Origin: Chiloscyllium plagiosum
Lineage: Eukaryota
Assembly: GCF_004010195.1 (NCBI RefSeq)
Contig: NC_057726.1
Coordinates: 70,009,468 to 70,073,467, forward strand
Direction of reading: 5' to 3'
Length of the DNA stretch: 64,000 nt
A program made the position numbers and the translations under genes. This document shows, piece by piece, positions 38,961 through 50,599 of this stretch; the stretch's first letter is position 1; the number at the start of each line of letters is the position of its first letter. The notes beneath the pieces were generated by a model. That model ran no database searches and had not been told where the DNA came from. It saw only the letters and a program-made list of their open reading frames with translations.

Positions 38961-39259
38961 TATAAGATTGTTCTTGCTTTCATTTCTCTTCAAATCAGAT
39001 CATGTGAGACACTTGTGAATTTAGAAAAAATCAAAAATTTCAGCCTCCAACTCTTTGGATTGAATTGACTAATTCCTTCCATTTACTACAATGTTAAAAA
39101 GGTATGAAGAAGCTTCCTCTAAACTTGAGGCTTATTTGTCCATTATTTCCCATCTCGTGAAATCAACTCATAGAAAATTGTTGGCATGAAATCGCAGTTT
39201 TCCAATAACATCAGGTTACGATTCTGACAGTGCCACTGACAGACTAAGCACATTAAAGC

Positions 39260-39296
39260 AGTTTCCTTTTCATAAGCGGCAATAGCGAACTTCCTG
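39260..39296. promoter_or_regulatory. ISRE consensus plus ETS-type site
   Basis: AGTTTCCTTTTC (39260-39271) fits AGTTTCNNTTTC; ACTTCCTG (39289-39296) is CAGGAAGT on minus. Motif match only. Confidence 0.3.
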
Positions 39297-40182
39297 TTCT
39301 GTACAAACTCTTAATTAGTGTGTTCACGACCAAAAGAAGAACATTTCCAGCTCAAAGAATGTTCTTCTCATCATAGCTCAACTACAAGACATTCTCATGC
39401 ATTTTTAGCAATCAGTCACAGGGGAGAATAGAATATTACCTTGCAAATAACGGTCTTGTAGAAGATCATCAAAGATGTCTTCGCAAAACTGACAATTGGG
39501 TATGGCATTGATAAGACCATGTTTGTGATAGAATTGAGGTTTTACTGCCCTGCCTAAGGGAGGACATGCTTAACACTGGTGGAATGCAACTCATGTAAAG
39601 TAGGCCGGTTCCTGCAGTAAATGGATAGTTTTATTATGGAAGATTGTGTCGAGTGGGCCAACATTTCTTAGTGATTTGATGAATAACACATGATCGAGTT
39701 GAAAAATGTTTGGTTTGTAAGGAATTTGACAGACTTGATGCAAGTACGTTTTTTCCTTGGATGGGTTTGATTCATGGATTTATACTGAATAGAAGAAACA
39801 TATCTTTGTTCAAAAAGTCTAGAATGATAGGGATTTTGTACCACATAGAACTTTGGACGTTCACTCGTTAACTAGACTCAAGAAATGTATCCAAGGTTTA
39901 GGACACTTGAGTAATTAAAGCTATTGTTTGGAAAATCACTAGGGATTAATCAAGAACAGAACTGACTGCAAGGCAAATAAAAGTGTTTTGTTTATCACTG
40001 ACACTTAGTAAACATGCTTCCAGGAGACTTTGTAGATTTTGTATTTATTTTATTGGTATCCATAATTAGAATTCCTCATCCTGTTTACCCCATCAGTTTT
40101 AAACTTAAAGTGGTAAAAAGAGAGACAGGCATGGATATAGGTATAAACTTACATTTATCTAGATTTTTTTCAACTCATACAG

Positions 40183-40279
40183 GGAACAACTGATGCGATG
40201 ACACCTTATGCTGCACTAAATCTGAACAATTTGCAGAAGGCACCAAGACCAAGGCATCAAGAAATGGCAATATGCCTAG
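40183..40279 (+). pseudogene. Cytoplasmic exon A of gene 1 (ITIM-like motifs)
   Basis: atacag|GTTDAMTPYAALNLNNLQKAPRPRHQEMA /fs/ YA*|gt; the donor position is inferred. Confidence 0.75.
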
Positions 40280-40343
40280 GTCGGGGAAAGACACAGATCA
40301 CAATGACACCATATAACAGTAATTGAGAATCTATTAGAGCTCA

Positions 40344-40540
40344 AAGTTAAAAATCACACAACACCAGGCTATAGTCCAACAGGTTCAGAGCGACGGCCCT
40401 TCATCAGGTGATCACCTGATGAAGGGCCGTCGCTCTGAAAGCTAGTGTGCTTCCAATTAAACCTGTTGGACTATAACCTGGTGTTGTGTGATTTTTAACT
40501 TTTTACACCCCAGTCCAACACTGGCATCTCCGAATCATGA
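40344..40540. mobile_element. Palindromic PLE-derived insertion with 13-bp TSD
   Basis: CTATTAGAGCTCA at 40331-40343 and 40541-40553; perfect 56-bp palindrome 40384-40439 plus outer inverted arms. Confidence 0.9.
40413..40447 (+). ncRNA. Minimal hammerhead ribozyme motif (second PLE family)
   Basis: CAC-CUGAUGA-AGGGC-cguc-GCUCU-GAAA-GC-UA-GUG: stem I CAC/GUG, palindromic AGCU at stem III, CUA triplet. Confidence 0.6.
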
Positions 40541-40703
40541 CTATTAGAGCTCAGTGTATAAAATATTTACAAATTTACATTTTAAAATCTGTTGCATTTA
40601 CACTAATTAATTGAGACACTGTCTATTTTAATTGCTTTGCCTAACAGCTGAATCCAAGTGACCGAAAATTGAACGAACGATATTCTGAAAATTGTTTTCA
40701 TAG

Positions 40704-40850
40704 ACCAGGACAAGACCTCAGGATCATAAAATGACCTAAGCTGCTTTAGACTTGCCAGCCCCCAGGAAAACAGAGAAAACAAATTACAAGGAAAAGAATA
40801 CAGAGTATGCTCAGGTTCACTTGGAAAAACAAAGACAAGCTTTGCGATAA
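40704..40850 (+). pseudogene. Terminal cytoplasmic exon B of gene 1 (ITIM + ITSM-like)
   Basis: ttcatag|TRTRPQDHKMT*AALDLPAPRKTEKTNYKEKNTEYAQVHLEKQRQALR*; TAA at 40737 occupies the expected Tyr position; TEYAQV matches TxYxxV. Confidence 0.85.
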
Positions 40851-40920
40851 ATACAATGTAAAGTCTGTTAATGCCAAGGCAATTTTAATTTTTGTGTATA
40901 TTAACCAAAATGTCCATTAG

Positions 40921-42800
40921 AATACAGAACACAGAACACGGAATACAGAACACGGAATATGGAACACGGAACAGTACAACGCAGTACAAGTCCTTCAGCT
41001 CTCGATACTGTGCTGGCCTTTTATCTTACTCGAAGATCAGACTAAACAGAATACCCTTCATGATATGATCTTCCATATGTCCACCTAAGAGTCACTTAAA
41101 TACCCTAATGTATCTGACTCTACTACCACTGCTGGTAGTACTTTCCACACACACACCCATCTCTCTGTGTAAGAACTTACCTCTGACATCACTTCTTTAC
41201 TTTCCTCCAATTACCTTAAAATTCTGCCTCCTGGTCTATGATAGACGTTTCTGCCATGGGAAGAGGACTCTGGCTATCCTTTCTATTTGTGCCTGTCAAC
41301 ATCTTATACACCTCTATCTAGTCAAGTCTCATCCTTCTTCAGTCTAATAAGAAAAGCCCTCGCTCCCTCAACTTTCTCTGTAAGACATCCCCCCCCCCCC
41401 CCCCCCAGTCTATGCAGCATTCTGGTAAATCTCCTCTGCACCCTCTCTAAAACTTCCACATCTTCCACATCTTTCCTATAATGAGGCAATCAGAACTGAA
41501 CACAATATTCCAACGGTGGTCTCAGCAGTACTGTATAGAGCTGCAGCAAATCCTTATGGTTCTTCATCTCAATCCACCTGTTAATGAAAGCCAACACACT
41601 ATATGCCTTCTCAACTACCCTATCAACTCGGGTGGCAACTTTGAAGGATCTACGGACATGGACCCCAAGATTCCTCTACTCCTCCGCACTGCCATGAACC
41701 CTATCTTTAATCCTGTATTCTGCATTCAGATTCCACCTTGCAAAGTGAATGACTTCACACTTTTCTAGGTGAACTACATCTGCCACTTATTAGCCCATAT
41801 CTGCATCCTGCCACTGTCTTGTTGCAACCTACAACAGCCCTCGACACCATCCACAACTCCACTAACCCTTGTGTCATCGATAAACATACTAACCCACCCT
41901 TCCACTTTCTTATCCAAGTCATTTATAAAAATTACAAAGAACAGACGCCCCAGAACTAATCCCTGCAGAGTACCACTGGTCACCAAGCTCCAGCCTGATT
42001 ACTTTTCATCTAAAACCATCCTCTGCCTTCTCTGGGCCAGCCAATTCTGTATCCAGACTGCCAGATTTCCCTGTATCCCATGCCTCCTTACTTTCTGAAT
42101 GCCCCTACAATGGGGATCGTTCTCAAATGCCTTGCTCAAATCTATGTATACCACATCCACTGCTCTACCTTCAAAGATGTGTTTTGTCACATCTTCAAAG
42201 AATTACATAAGATTTGTGAGGCATGAAATGCTCTTCACAAAGCCATGCTGACTATCTCTAATCAAACTGTGGTTTTCCAAGTCATCTTAAATCCTGTCTC
42301 TCAGAATCCTCTCCAATGCTTTGCCCACCACAGATATAAGACTGACAGGTTTGTAATTCCTCAGATTATCCCTAATCCCTTTCTTCAACAAGGGAATAAC
42401 ATTTGTTACCCTCCAATCATCTGGCACTACTTCGGTGGACAGTGAGGAAGCAAAGATCATCAGCAAACATGCAGTAATCTCTTCCCTCGCTTCCTGTAGT
42501 AACCAAGGGTATATCATGTAAGGCCAAGGGGATTTATCTATCCTTACGTTTTTCAAAATGTTCAGCAGATTCTCCTTCCTATCATACCATATTATATCAA
42601 TCTGTTTCATGCTGTCCTCAGAAATATCAATGTCCCTCTCAGTAGTGAATACTGATGCAAAGTACTAATCAAGGACCTCCCCTACCTCCTCTGATGCCAG
42701 CGCATGTTCCCCTTACTATCCATGATTGGCCTACCCTCACTCTGGTCATCCTCTTGCTCCTCACATAAGCATAGATTGCCTTAGGGTTTTCCTTAGTCCT
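40921..42800 (-). mobile_element. 5'-truncated CR1 LINE
   Basis: NYKPVSLISVVGKALERILRDRI, VYIDLSKAFE, FIDDTRVSG; degenerate tandem tail at 40921-40975; poly-C at 41388-41406. Confidence 0.92.
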
Positions 42801-45369
42801 ACACACAAAACGGCTGCAACAAAAATAATTGAAGCAGATCATAATGACGCCACAGGGTTCCAAATACTAAAGGTAAAGGTCTGACCAGATAACTTTCTGC
42901 GAATTCAGGAAACCTGAAAATTAATGCCTACTTTAAATTAGGGAAGATGTTGACCTTCCGTAACCCACAGTGTTCTACCAAGATGGCAACCTCAATTATA
43001 AAGCCAAGCTTTTGAGTGGTCATGGAAATTTGAAGCTTATGACCTATTGAGGTAAGAGGGATGCAGGGGATCGATGTAAAATACGTTTCTTTGGAGAGAA
43101 AGCAGGTATGCTTGGACCAGAAGCGCACAGAATTTAGGAATATTAATCATCCTTTTGCTGTTTGAGATTGATCCACTCTTTGAGAAGATCATGCTGATTT
43201 GGTTATGGCCTCAACTTCACTTTCCCATCTGCCCTCGCATAATACAATGAAACAACATGTTCACACATGATCTCCACGTCTCTTAATTCTTTTAGCTCCA
43301 CAACATCCTTTGATATTTGCCTTGTATACAGTCACCCACTAATAGTTTGGGAATGTAATTTCATTTAAAATCATAATGTAGTGTACTTTACAGACCTGCA
43401 GAATGTAAAGTCAATTCAGGAAATAGTCTCAGGTTGCAATTATGTTTTTACCTCATTACTTTGAATGCGTCTTCTCCCTTTAACTGCAGGATTCAATGTC
43501 AGATTATACATTCATTGTAACTGCCATTGTTATTATTTCTTTTGAAAGTTGAATGTGGAATTTAAAAGTGAACCAAACAAGCATTATAGGCCAAAATATA
43601 ACGAATTGACCAAAAAATACTTCCCTTGAATTATCCATATTTAGAAATCTTGTTTACTCATTGGCTGGGACATTACTTCTGGAGGGGCTATGAACTCAAA
43701 ACTGGCAGGTGCATTGCAAATGGTTCAACCAATCATAGAGAGAAGTTAAAGAATTGAAGAGATGCAACTTAAGTGGGCTAATTTTTATTTTGCTGACCAC
43801 GATTTTGCGTTATGTTTTTGTTATCTACTTACCAACGATCAACAATATAGTTCTGGGCTGTCTTTGGATTATTATTTTCCAGACAAGTATTAGTATGATT
43901 GAATAAATAAATAGCCCATTTTTAATCATTAAATTTTTGCATTTTTCATAAATAAATCTATAGTATTTAATTGTTATGTAAATAAAATTAGATTGCTCCA
44001 TCTAGTTGTTCACACTGTAAATATTGTATGTTGAGATTTATGCATTTTACAAGGTAAAAAGGTACACAAGATGCATTTATAGTCAGTTAGTTGTACAAAC
44101 AGGAAATCAACTTTACATCAGATAATTAATAGATAAAACATATATATTGTAAAAGAAAATAATTTGGTTCATTTCTTCTTCAGAATGAAAAAGAGAAAAA
44201 CTCCTGTTTACACAGGACAGCAATCTGCCAATGCAGACTGCAGATCCTGACCCGGTGTCTTTATTGTTAAATCATGAGACAAATTTATCTCCTTTCTTAA
44301 CATAAATTTTAAATTATATCAATTGAAATGCAGAACACTGCAGATGTTTAAAAACTTAAATTAGAGCAAAAAATGATAAAGTGATTGTGGGAGGGTATCT
44401 TTCAGAGTTATGTAGCACCTTTGCAAAGACAAATAGTATAAATGTTTAATGCATCTGACCTATCATCAGAAAAGTAAAATATATGGGGAGATAGTAGTCA
44501 TGTCTCTTTTAATCAAGAAAACCAAATTCATGTGAGTGAGCATGGATTCATATCCCATCATCGGCAACTTATGGAAACTAAATTTAATTGATAAGATCTA
44601 CAACTGAAAGTTAATCTCAATAAGGATGGGCATTAAGGCATCATTGATTGTTGTAATGATTGTTCTGTGTCATATGTTCCAACCTAGTCTGCTACGTGTG
44701 ACTCCAGATTTACAACAATGGGTTGGGCTAAAAAAATCCAATTAAGTGATTGAATTAGTGATACACAAAAAAACTTCAGCTTTTGCCAGAAACACCTGTA
44801 TCATTATGAATAAAACAAAATGTAGGTTTTGAGCTAGGAGTGTATGGAATAAATACAAATTAAAGTCCTTAATATGTTAAGAACAGGGCATATTGGATTC
44901 TGATTATTGAATCATTTCAGTTGGTCTGTAGAAAGATATTACTTTGTAGGAATGTAATTTGCTTGTAGTTTGCAGTGGATTTGCAGTTTAGATTTTGCTT
45001 TCTCCGCCCTAAATAACGCTCAGGAACAAGGAAAATGGGGAAGTGGTGCTCCTGTTCTTTTGCATTTAATGACAAATTTTCAGCCTTCAGGAATTGAGGC
45101 CCATTCTGCTGAAGGAAAAAATGTTAATTATTTGTTGAAAGCAAAAGAAAAACAGAAATTACTCAGAGAATTGCAGAAGATCTGGCAGCATGTGTGGACA
45201 GAAATTATTTGATGAGCAGCTGTGAAGGAATTTCAAAATTTCATCATAGTTTTAGTAACTTAAGAAGAAGAAATGTAAGAAAATAAACAAATGTAATTTT
45301 ATAAAATTTATAACATTTAATTTATTAAGAAACATAACAATGTCAGAACATAATGTGATATATCCTACT

Positions 45370-45910
45370 CATGGAAATATCTTCTCCATGTTCACTCTAT
45401 CCTGGCCTCACAGTGTGCCGTATTAGATCCTCACTCATCCTTTTGAACTCCATCGAAAACCGACCCAGAATCCTCGACTGCTCCTCATTTCGCAAGCATC
45501 ATTCTTGCAATCCTCTTCTGGACTCCCTCCAATGCCAGCACATTCTTCCTTAGATATGCAGCCCAAACTGCTCACAATATTCCGTATGCAGTCTGACCAA
45601 AGCCTTAAGCAACCTTAATAGTACATGACTGCTTTTGTATTCTAGCTTTTTTGAAATGAGTGCTAACATTGCATTTGTCTTCCAACTGCCTGAATCCACA
45701 TGTTAACATTAAGAGAACCTTGAATGAGAACTTCCAAGAACCTTGATGCTTCAGAATTCCAGGACCTTTACCCGTTTGTAAAGTAACCTAAGCCTCTATT
45801 CCTCCTGCCAAAGTGCACAACCTCACACTTTCCCACATTGTATTCCATCTGCCATTGCATTGCCCACTCTCCTAGCCTATCCAAGTCCTTCTGCATCCTC
45901 CTCATTTCTT
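45370..45910 (-). mobile_element. Degenerate CR1 LINE fragment
   Basis: CACACTTTCCCACATTGTATTCCATCTGCCA and GCCCAAACTGCTCACAATATTCC are reverse complements of CR1 ORF2 motifs (WQMEYNVGKC, EYCEQFW). Confidence 0.8.
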
Positions 45911-46614
45911 CAACGTGTCATGTCCCTTTTGCAACAATCTTCAGCCAGAAGTGTTGACAGGATGAGACATCTCAACCAGAATTCCCCATCACAGGTACAA
46001 TTCTTCAGCCAATTCCTTCACTACACATGATATGAACAAACTTAGAAAAGGAACCAAGACAGAGAGAATTCAGCCATAGTGTGTGTGTGTATAATTTCCA
46101 GATCCCAGTCGAGGGGGATCATGATGTGATTGTCTGAGTGTGGGGGAATGATATTTACAGAGTCCAGCACGGGGAGATTGCTGTTGCTGGTGTTTGTGCA
46201 GCAACTGAAACAACCCTGAGTTTAAACGTCTTTAACACAATTTGTATCAAGCAGCTACTTCTCAGAATTGAGAGATGAACTTTTGATGAAAAAGTGGAAT
46301 AGCCTTGAAATATGTCTTGATATATTGCTAGGAATGAAGTACATTTAGTTTCATAATCTTCTGTTCAATTCTACCATATGCTTCTGTTCAATTTTGTGGT
46401 AAACTTACGTTCATTTGTATAAGAATCTTGTGTTAAATTGTAAATGCAGTTTTTTCAACTGTTTAATGCATTTATCATCATTTGTATAAATCTTATACTC
46501 ATTAAGTTTGCTCACTTTCTGTATTTGCTTTAGATTCATTAAATTTGTGCAAAAATCAGTTGTGTACTAATTTTGTGTTCATTTATGCAAACATTTTGCA
46601 TTCACTTGTTCAAA

Positions 46615-47100
46615 GATATTCGTACCCCTCTGGTTCAGGTGAAGACCATCCTTTGTAGAGGTTCCACCTACCCCAGAGAGAACTACAATTATTCAAGAAT
46701 CCAAAACCCTCCCTCCTGCACCCTCCCTGCAGCCACATGTTCAGCTCTGCGCTCTCCTTATTCCTCCCTTCACTAGCACATGGCACGGGCAACAAACCAG
46801 GGATAATAACTCTGTCTGTTCTAGCTCTAAGCTTCCAACCTCGCTCCCTGAATTTCTGCCTTAGATCCCCACCTTTCTTCCTACCTATGTCATCGATGTC
46901 ATTCCCCCACACTCAGAAAATCACAGCATGAGCCCCGTCGACTGGGATCTGTAAATTATACACACATACACACACTATCGTTGAATTCTCTCTGTCTTGG
47001 TTCCATTTCTTCCTACCTATGTCATCGATGCCTATGTGGACCAATACTTAGGGCTGCTCCCCTTCCCCCTCACGGATCCAAAAACACGATCAGAGGTATC
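46615..47100 (-). mobile_element. CR1 ORF1 (esterase) fragment with a short insertion at 46899-47005
   Basis: DDIGRKKGGDLRQKFRERGWKLRARTDRVIIPGLLPVP; homologous to 16640-16990. Confidence 0.9.
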
Positions 47101-47408
47101 AGATCAAATCCAAGCTCTCTAGTTATGCCTCAACTATCTTGTGATAACTAATTAAACAATTAACTCCAGAAGAGAACAGGCCACCGATTTTGCCATTTCC
47201 AACAACTAGGGAAGGCTGCATGCTTCAGTACAACTATAACACAGAGACTCTCTCTCCTTCGCTGTCTCTCTCTCTCTCTTTCTCTCTCATGCACACGCCC
47301 ATGCACACACGCAAGCAAACCTTTATTATTTTTGATCATCAGTAAACCGAGAGAAACTATTTTGGATGTGCTCACAAACTGCACGTGCACAGATTTAAAT
47401 CATTGACT

Positions 47409-47596
47409 TAAAGATTCGTGCACTTTGTGTCTTTCACTGTGTCTCATACCTGCACACACACACCATGGGTGCTGGGGAAAAAAATAAACACTACCGCAGT
47501 TAGGCGGTAGTGTGGGAGTTAAATATAAGAAAAAATATATAAACAGGAGATTCACTTTGTGTCTTTCACTGGAGTAGCGGCTAAAGACAAAAAAAA
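47409..47596 (+). mobile_element. Unclassified short retroposed element with 14-bp TSD and A-tail
   Basis: TTAAATCATTGACT at 47395-47408 and 47597-47610; A-run at the 3' end; internal hairpin and direct repeat. Confidence 0.75.
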
Positions 47597-47809
47597 TTAA
47601 ATCATTGACTGATGGTTCAAGTTGGTTTCAATCATGCCCAATCACTTCAATTATCCTCCAAATGAGTACAAAACATTTAACCCCATGAGGTGAGGTGCAA
47701 GTGACTTCCCTGCGATATGCAGTACTTGACAACGTATGGCATCAAGGAACCCTGGAAGAAAAATCAATGAAGATCCAGAGGAAAGTCACCTTGAAATGAG
47801 TTTAGAAGT

Positions 47810-49275
47810 TGAGAGGTCATGTTGTGGCTGAACAGGACATTAGTTAGGCCATATTGCATGCAATTCTTGTCTCCCAGCTCTGGGAAAGATATTGTGAAAC
47901 TTGAAATGGTTCAGAAAAGATCTATAATGATGTTGCCAGAGTTGGAGGGTTTGACCGATAGGGAGAGGCTGAATAAACTGGGGCTAATTTCCCTAGAGTG
48001 TAGGAAGTTGAGGGGTGACATTGTAGAGTTTTATAAAATCATGAGGGGCATGGAAAGGGTAAATAGACAAGGTCTTTTCTCTGGAGTGGGGGTGTCCAAG
48101 ACTCGAGGATTAGGGTGAAGGGGAAAGATTTAAAAGGAACCTAAGGGGCAACTTTTCACACAGAGGGTGGTGCATGTGTGCAATGAGCTGACAGAGAAAG
48201 TGTTGGAGGCTAGTACAATTACAACATTTACAAGGCATCCAGGTGGGTATATCCAAATTTACAGTTCACACAAAGGTGTGTGGCTGTGTGAGCTGTGAGG
48301 AGATGCTAAGAGGTGGCAGGGTGAATTGGATAGACTGGCTGAGTGGGCAAATGCTTGGCAAATGCAATATAATGTGGATAAATGTCAGGTTATCCATTTT
48401 AGTCCCAAACCAGGAAGACAGATTATTACCTGAATATTAGCAGTTTAGGAGAATGTGAGGTGCCACGGCACCGGGGCGTCATGGTGGAACAGGTGCTGAA
48501 GGTTGGCATACAGGTGCAGCAGGCAGTACGGAAAGCTAATGTCATGTTGGCCTTCATAGTGACAGGATTTGAGTATCGGGTTAAGGATGTCTTGCTGCAG
48601 TTGTACCTGGCCTTGGTGAGGCCACACCTTGAGTACTGTGTGCAGCTTTAGCCTCCTAGTCTGAGGAAGGTCATTCTTGTCATTGAGGAAGTCCAACGAA
48701 GGTTCAACAGACTGATTCCCGGAATGGCAGGACTGACATAGGAGAAAAAATTGCATTGACTGGGCTTGTATTCACTGAATTTAGAAGAATGATAGGGATC
48801 TCATAGAGACATATAAAGTCCTGATGGGACTAGACAGGCTCCATGCGGGAAGAATGTTCCCAATGTTGGTGATGTCCAGAACAAGGGATCGCAGTCGAAG
48901 AATATGGTGCGAACGATTTAGGACAGAGAAGACTGATGAACCTGTGGAATTCTCTCCTGCAATAAGCTGCTGAGGCCAGCCCATTAGATCTATTCAAGTG
49001 GGAGCTGGACTTGACCTTTTGGTGAAAAGGATCAAGGGATATGGGGAGAGAGTGGGAATGGGATACTGAGATTGCATGATCAGTCATGATTATTTTGAAT
49101 GATGGTGCAGGCTCAAAGGGCTGAATGGTCTACTGCTGCATCCATTTCCTATATTTTTGTGAGTATGAAGGGTTTGGAAGGATATGGGCCAAATGCGGAG
49201 AAATGGCACAAGATTTAATTAGGATTTCATGCTGGCATGGACAGATTGGATCTCTCGGATGCTATAACTCTATAA
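47810..49275 (+). mobile_element. Nested CR1 3' fragments
   Basis: LRGDIVEFYKIMRG; LYLALVRPHLEYCVQ; two 3' tails (about 49150 and 49270). Confidence 0.88.
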
Positions 49276-50599
49276 CAGTGTCAAAACCTAGCATGATATA
49301 ATGGTTGTGATTCCTGGTGGCTAAACATAACAAAACCAAAACATTTCTGCATGTGTTCCATGGGATCGTGTCGATACCTAATTGTATTCAATTTCTTCAT
49401 GAATTAATTCTCTTTCTCCTAAATTCAGAAGTGGAGATGTTCGCTATTCGAACCATAGAGACATACAGCACGGAAACAGACCCTTCGGTTCAACCTGTCT
49501 ATGCCTACAAGATATCCTAACTTAATCTCACCCATTTGCCAGCACGTGGCCCATATCCCTCTAAACACTTCCAAGACAAATACCCATGCAGATGTCTTTT
49601 AAATATTGTTATTGTACCAGCCTCCACCATTTCCTCTGGCAACTTATTCTATACATGCACCATCCTTTGCGTGAAAAGGTTGCCCCGAAGGTCCATGTTA
49701 ATTTTTTCCACTCTCTCCCTAAACCTACGCCCTCTAGTTCTGGATTGCCGCAACCGTGGCAAAAGATGTTGTCTATTTACCCTATCCATGTTCCTCATGG
49801 TTTTATAAACCTCTATCAGATCACCCCCCAGCCTTCGATGTTCCAGGAAAACAGACCCAGCCTATTCAACCTTGTCCTTATAAATCTTTTCTGAATCCTT
49901 TCAAGTTTCACAACATTCTTCCGATAGTAGGGAGACCAGAATTGCACACAATATTTCAAAAGTGGCCTTACCAATGTCCTGTAGAGCTGCAACATGACAT
50001 TCCAACTCCTATACTCAATGCTCTGACCAATAAAGGAAAGCATACCAAACACCTTCTTCATTATCCCATCTACCTGCAACTCTATTTTCAAGGAAGCATG
50101 AACCTGCACTCCAAGGTCAGTTTCTTCAGCAACACTCCCCAGGACCTTACCATTAAGTGTATATGTCCTGCCCTGGTTTCCCTTTTCAAAATGCAGCACC
50201 TCACATTTATCTAAATCAATGTTTCTCAACGGGGGCGGAAGCACCCCTGAGGGGCGTTTGCCTTCTTTCGGTGGGCATTTAGATCAAAGGGGGCAACAAG
50301 GGTGCACTGAACGACTTTGCAGAGAGCTTACCAATCATTTGGAAGACTGCCGTGTCCTTGAAGGACGTTGCTGTGTGCAGATGTAGAGTCTCATAACACA
50401 AGTCTGCTATTTTCCCTGCACCCATGGAGGCATGCAATCTGATTGATTGCTCCGCTATTATTGATAGTCTTCTCTGAGATTGGTAAACCATTTGAACTCG
50501 TTTGCAGTTGGCACTGATTCTACTGCTGAGATCAATATCACCTAACTCGTGTCGCTTCTAGGAAGATGAAACGTAGCTTTTTAACTGTACTAACACGCT

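Larger units (their letters stand above)
31734..40850 (+). pseudogene. SIRP-like inhibitory IgSF receptor pseudogene (leader-V-C1-TM-ITIM exons), gene 1
   Basis: Colinear + strand exons for V (32755-33098), C1 (34605-34914), TM (35892-35996) and tyrosine-motif exons (40183-40279, 40704-40850); frameshifts, nonsense codons and lost splice sites in four exons. Confidence 0.85.

Noticed and set aside
38999-39101. Missing phase 1-0 cytoplasmic exon of gene 1
   Set aside because: Good AG and GT sites, but 103 nt is the wrong phase, the expected frame has an early stop, and it abuts the antisense Ig fossil.
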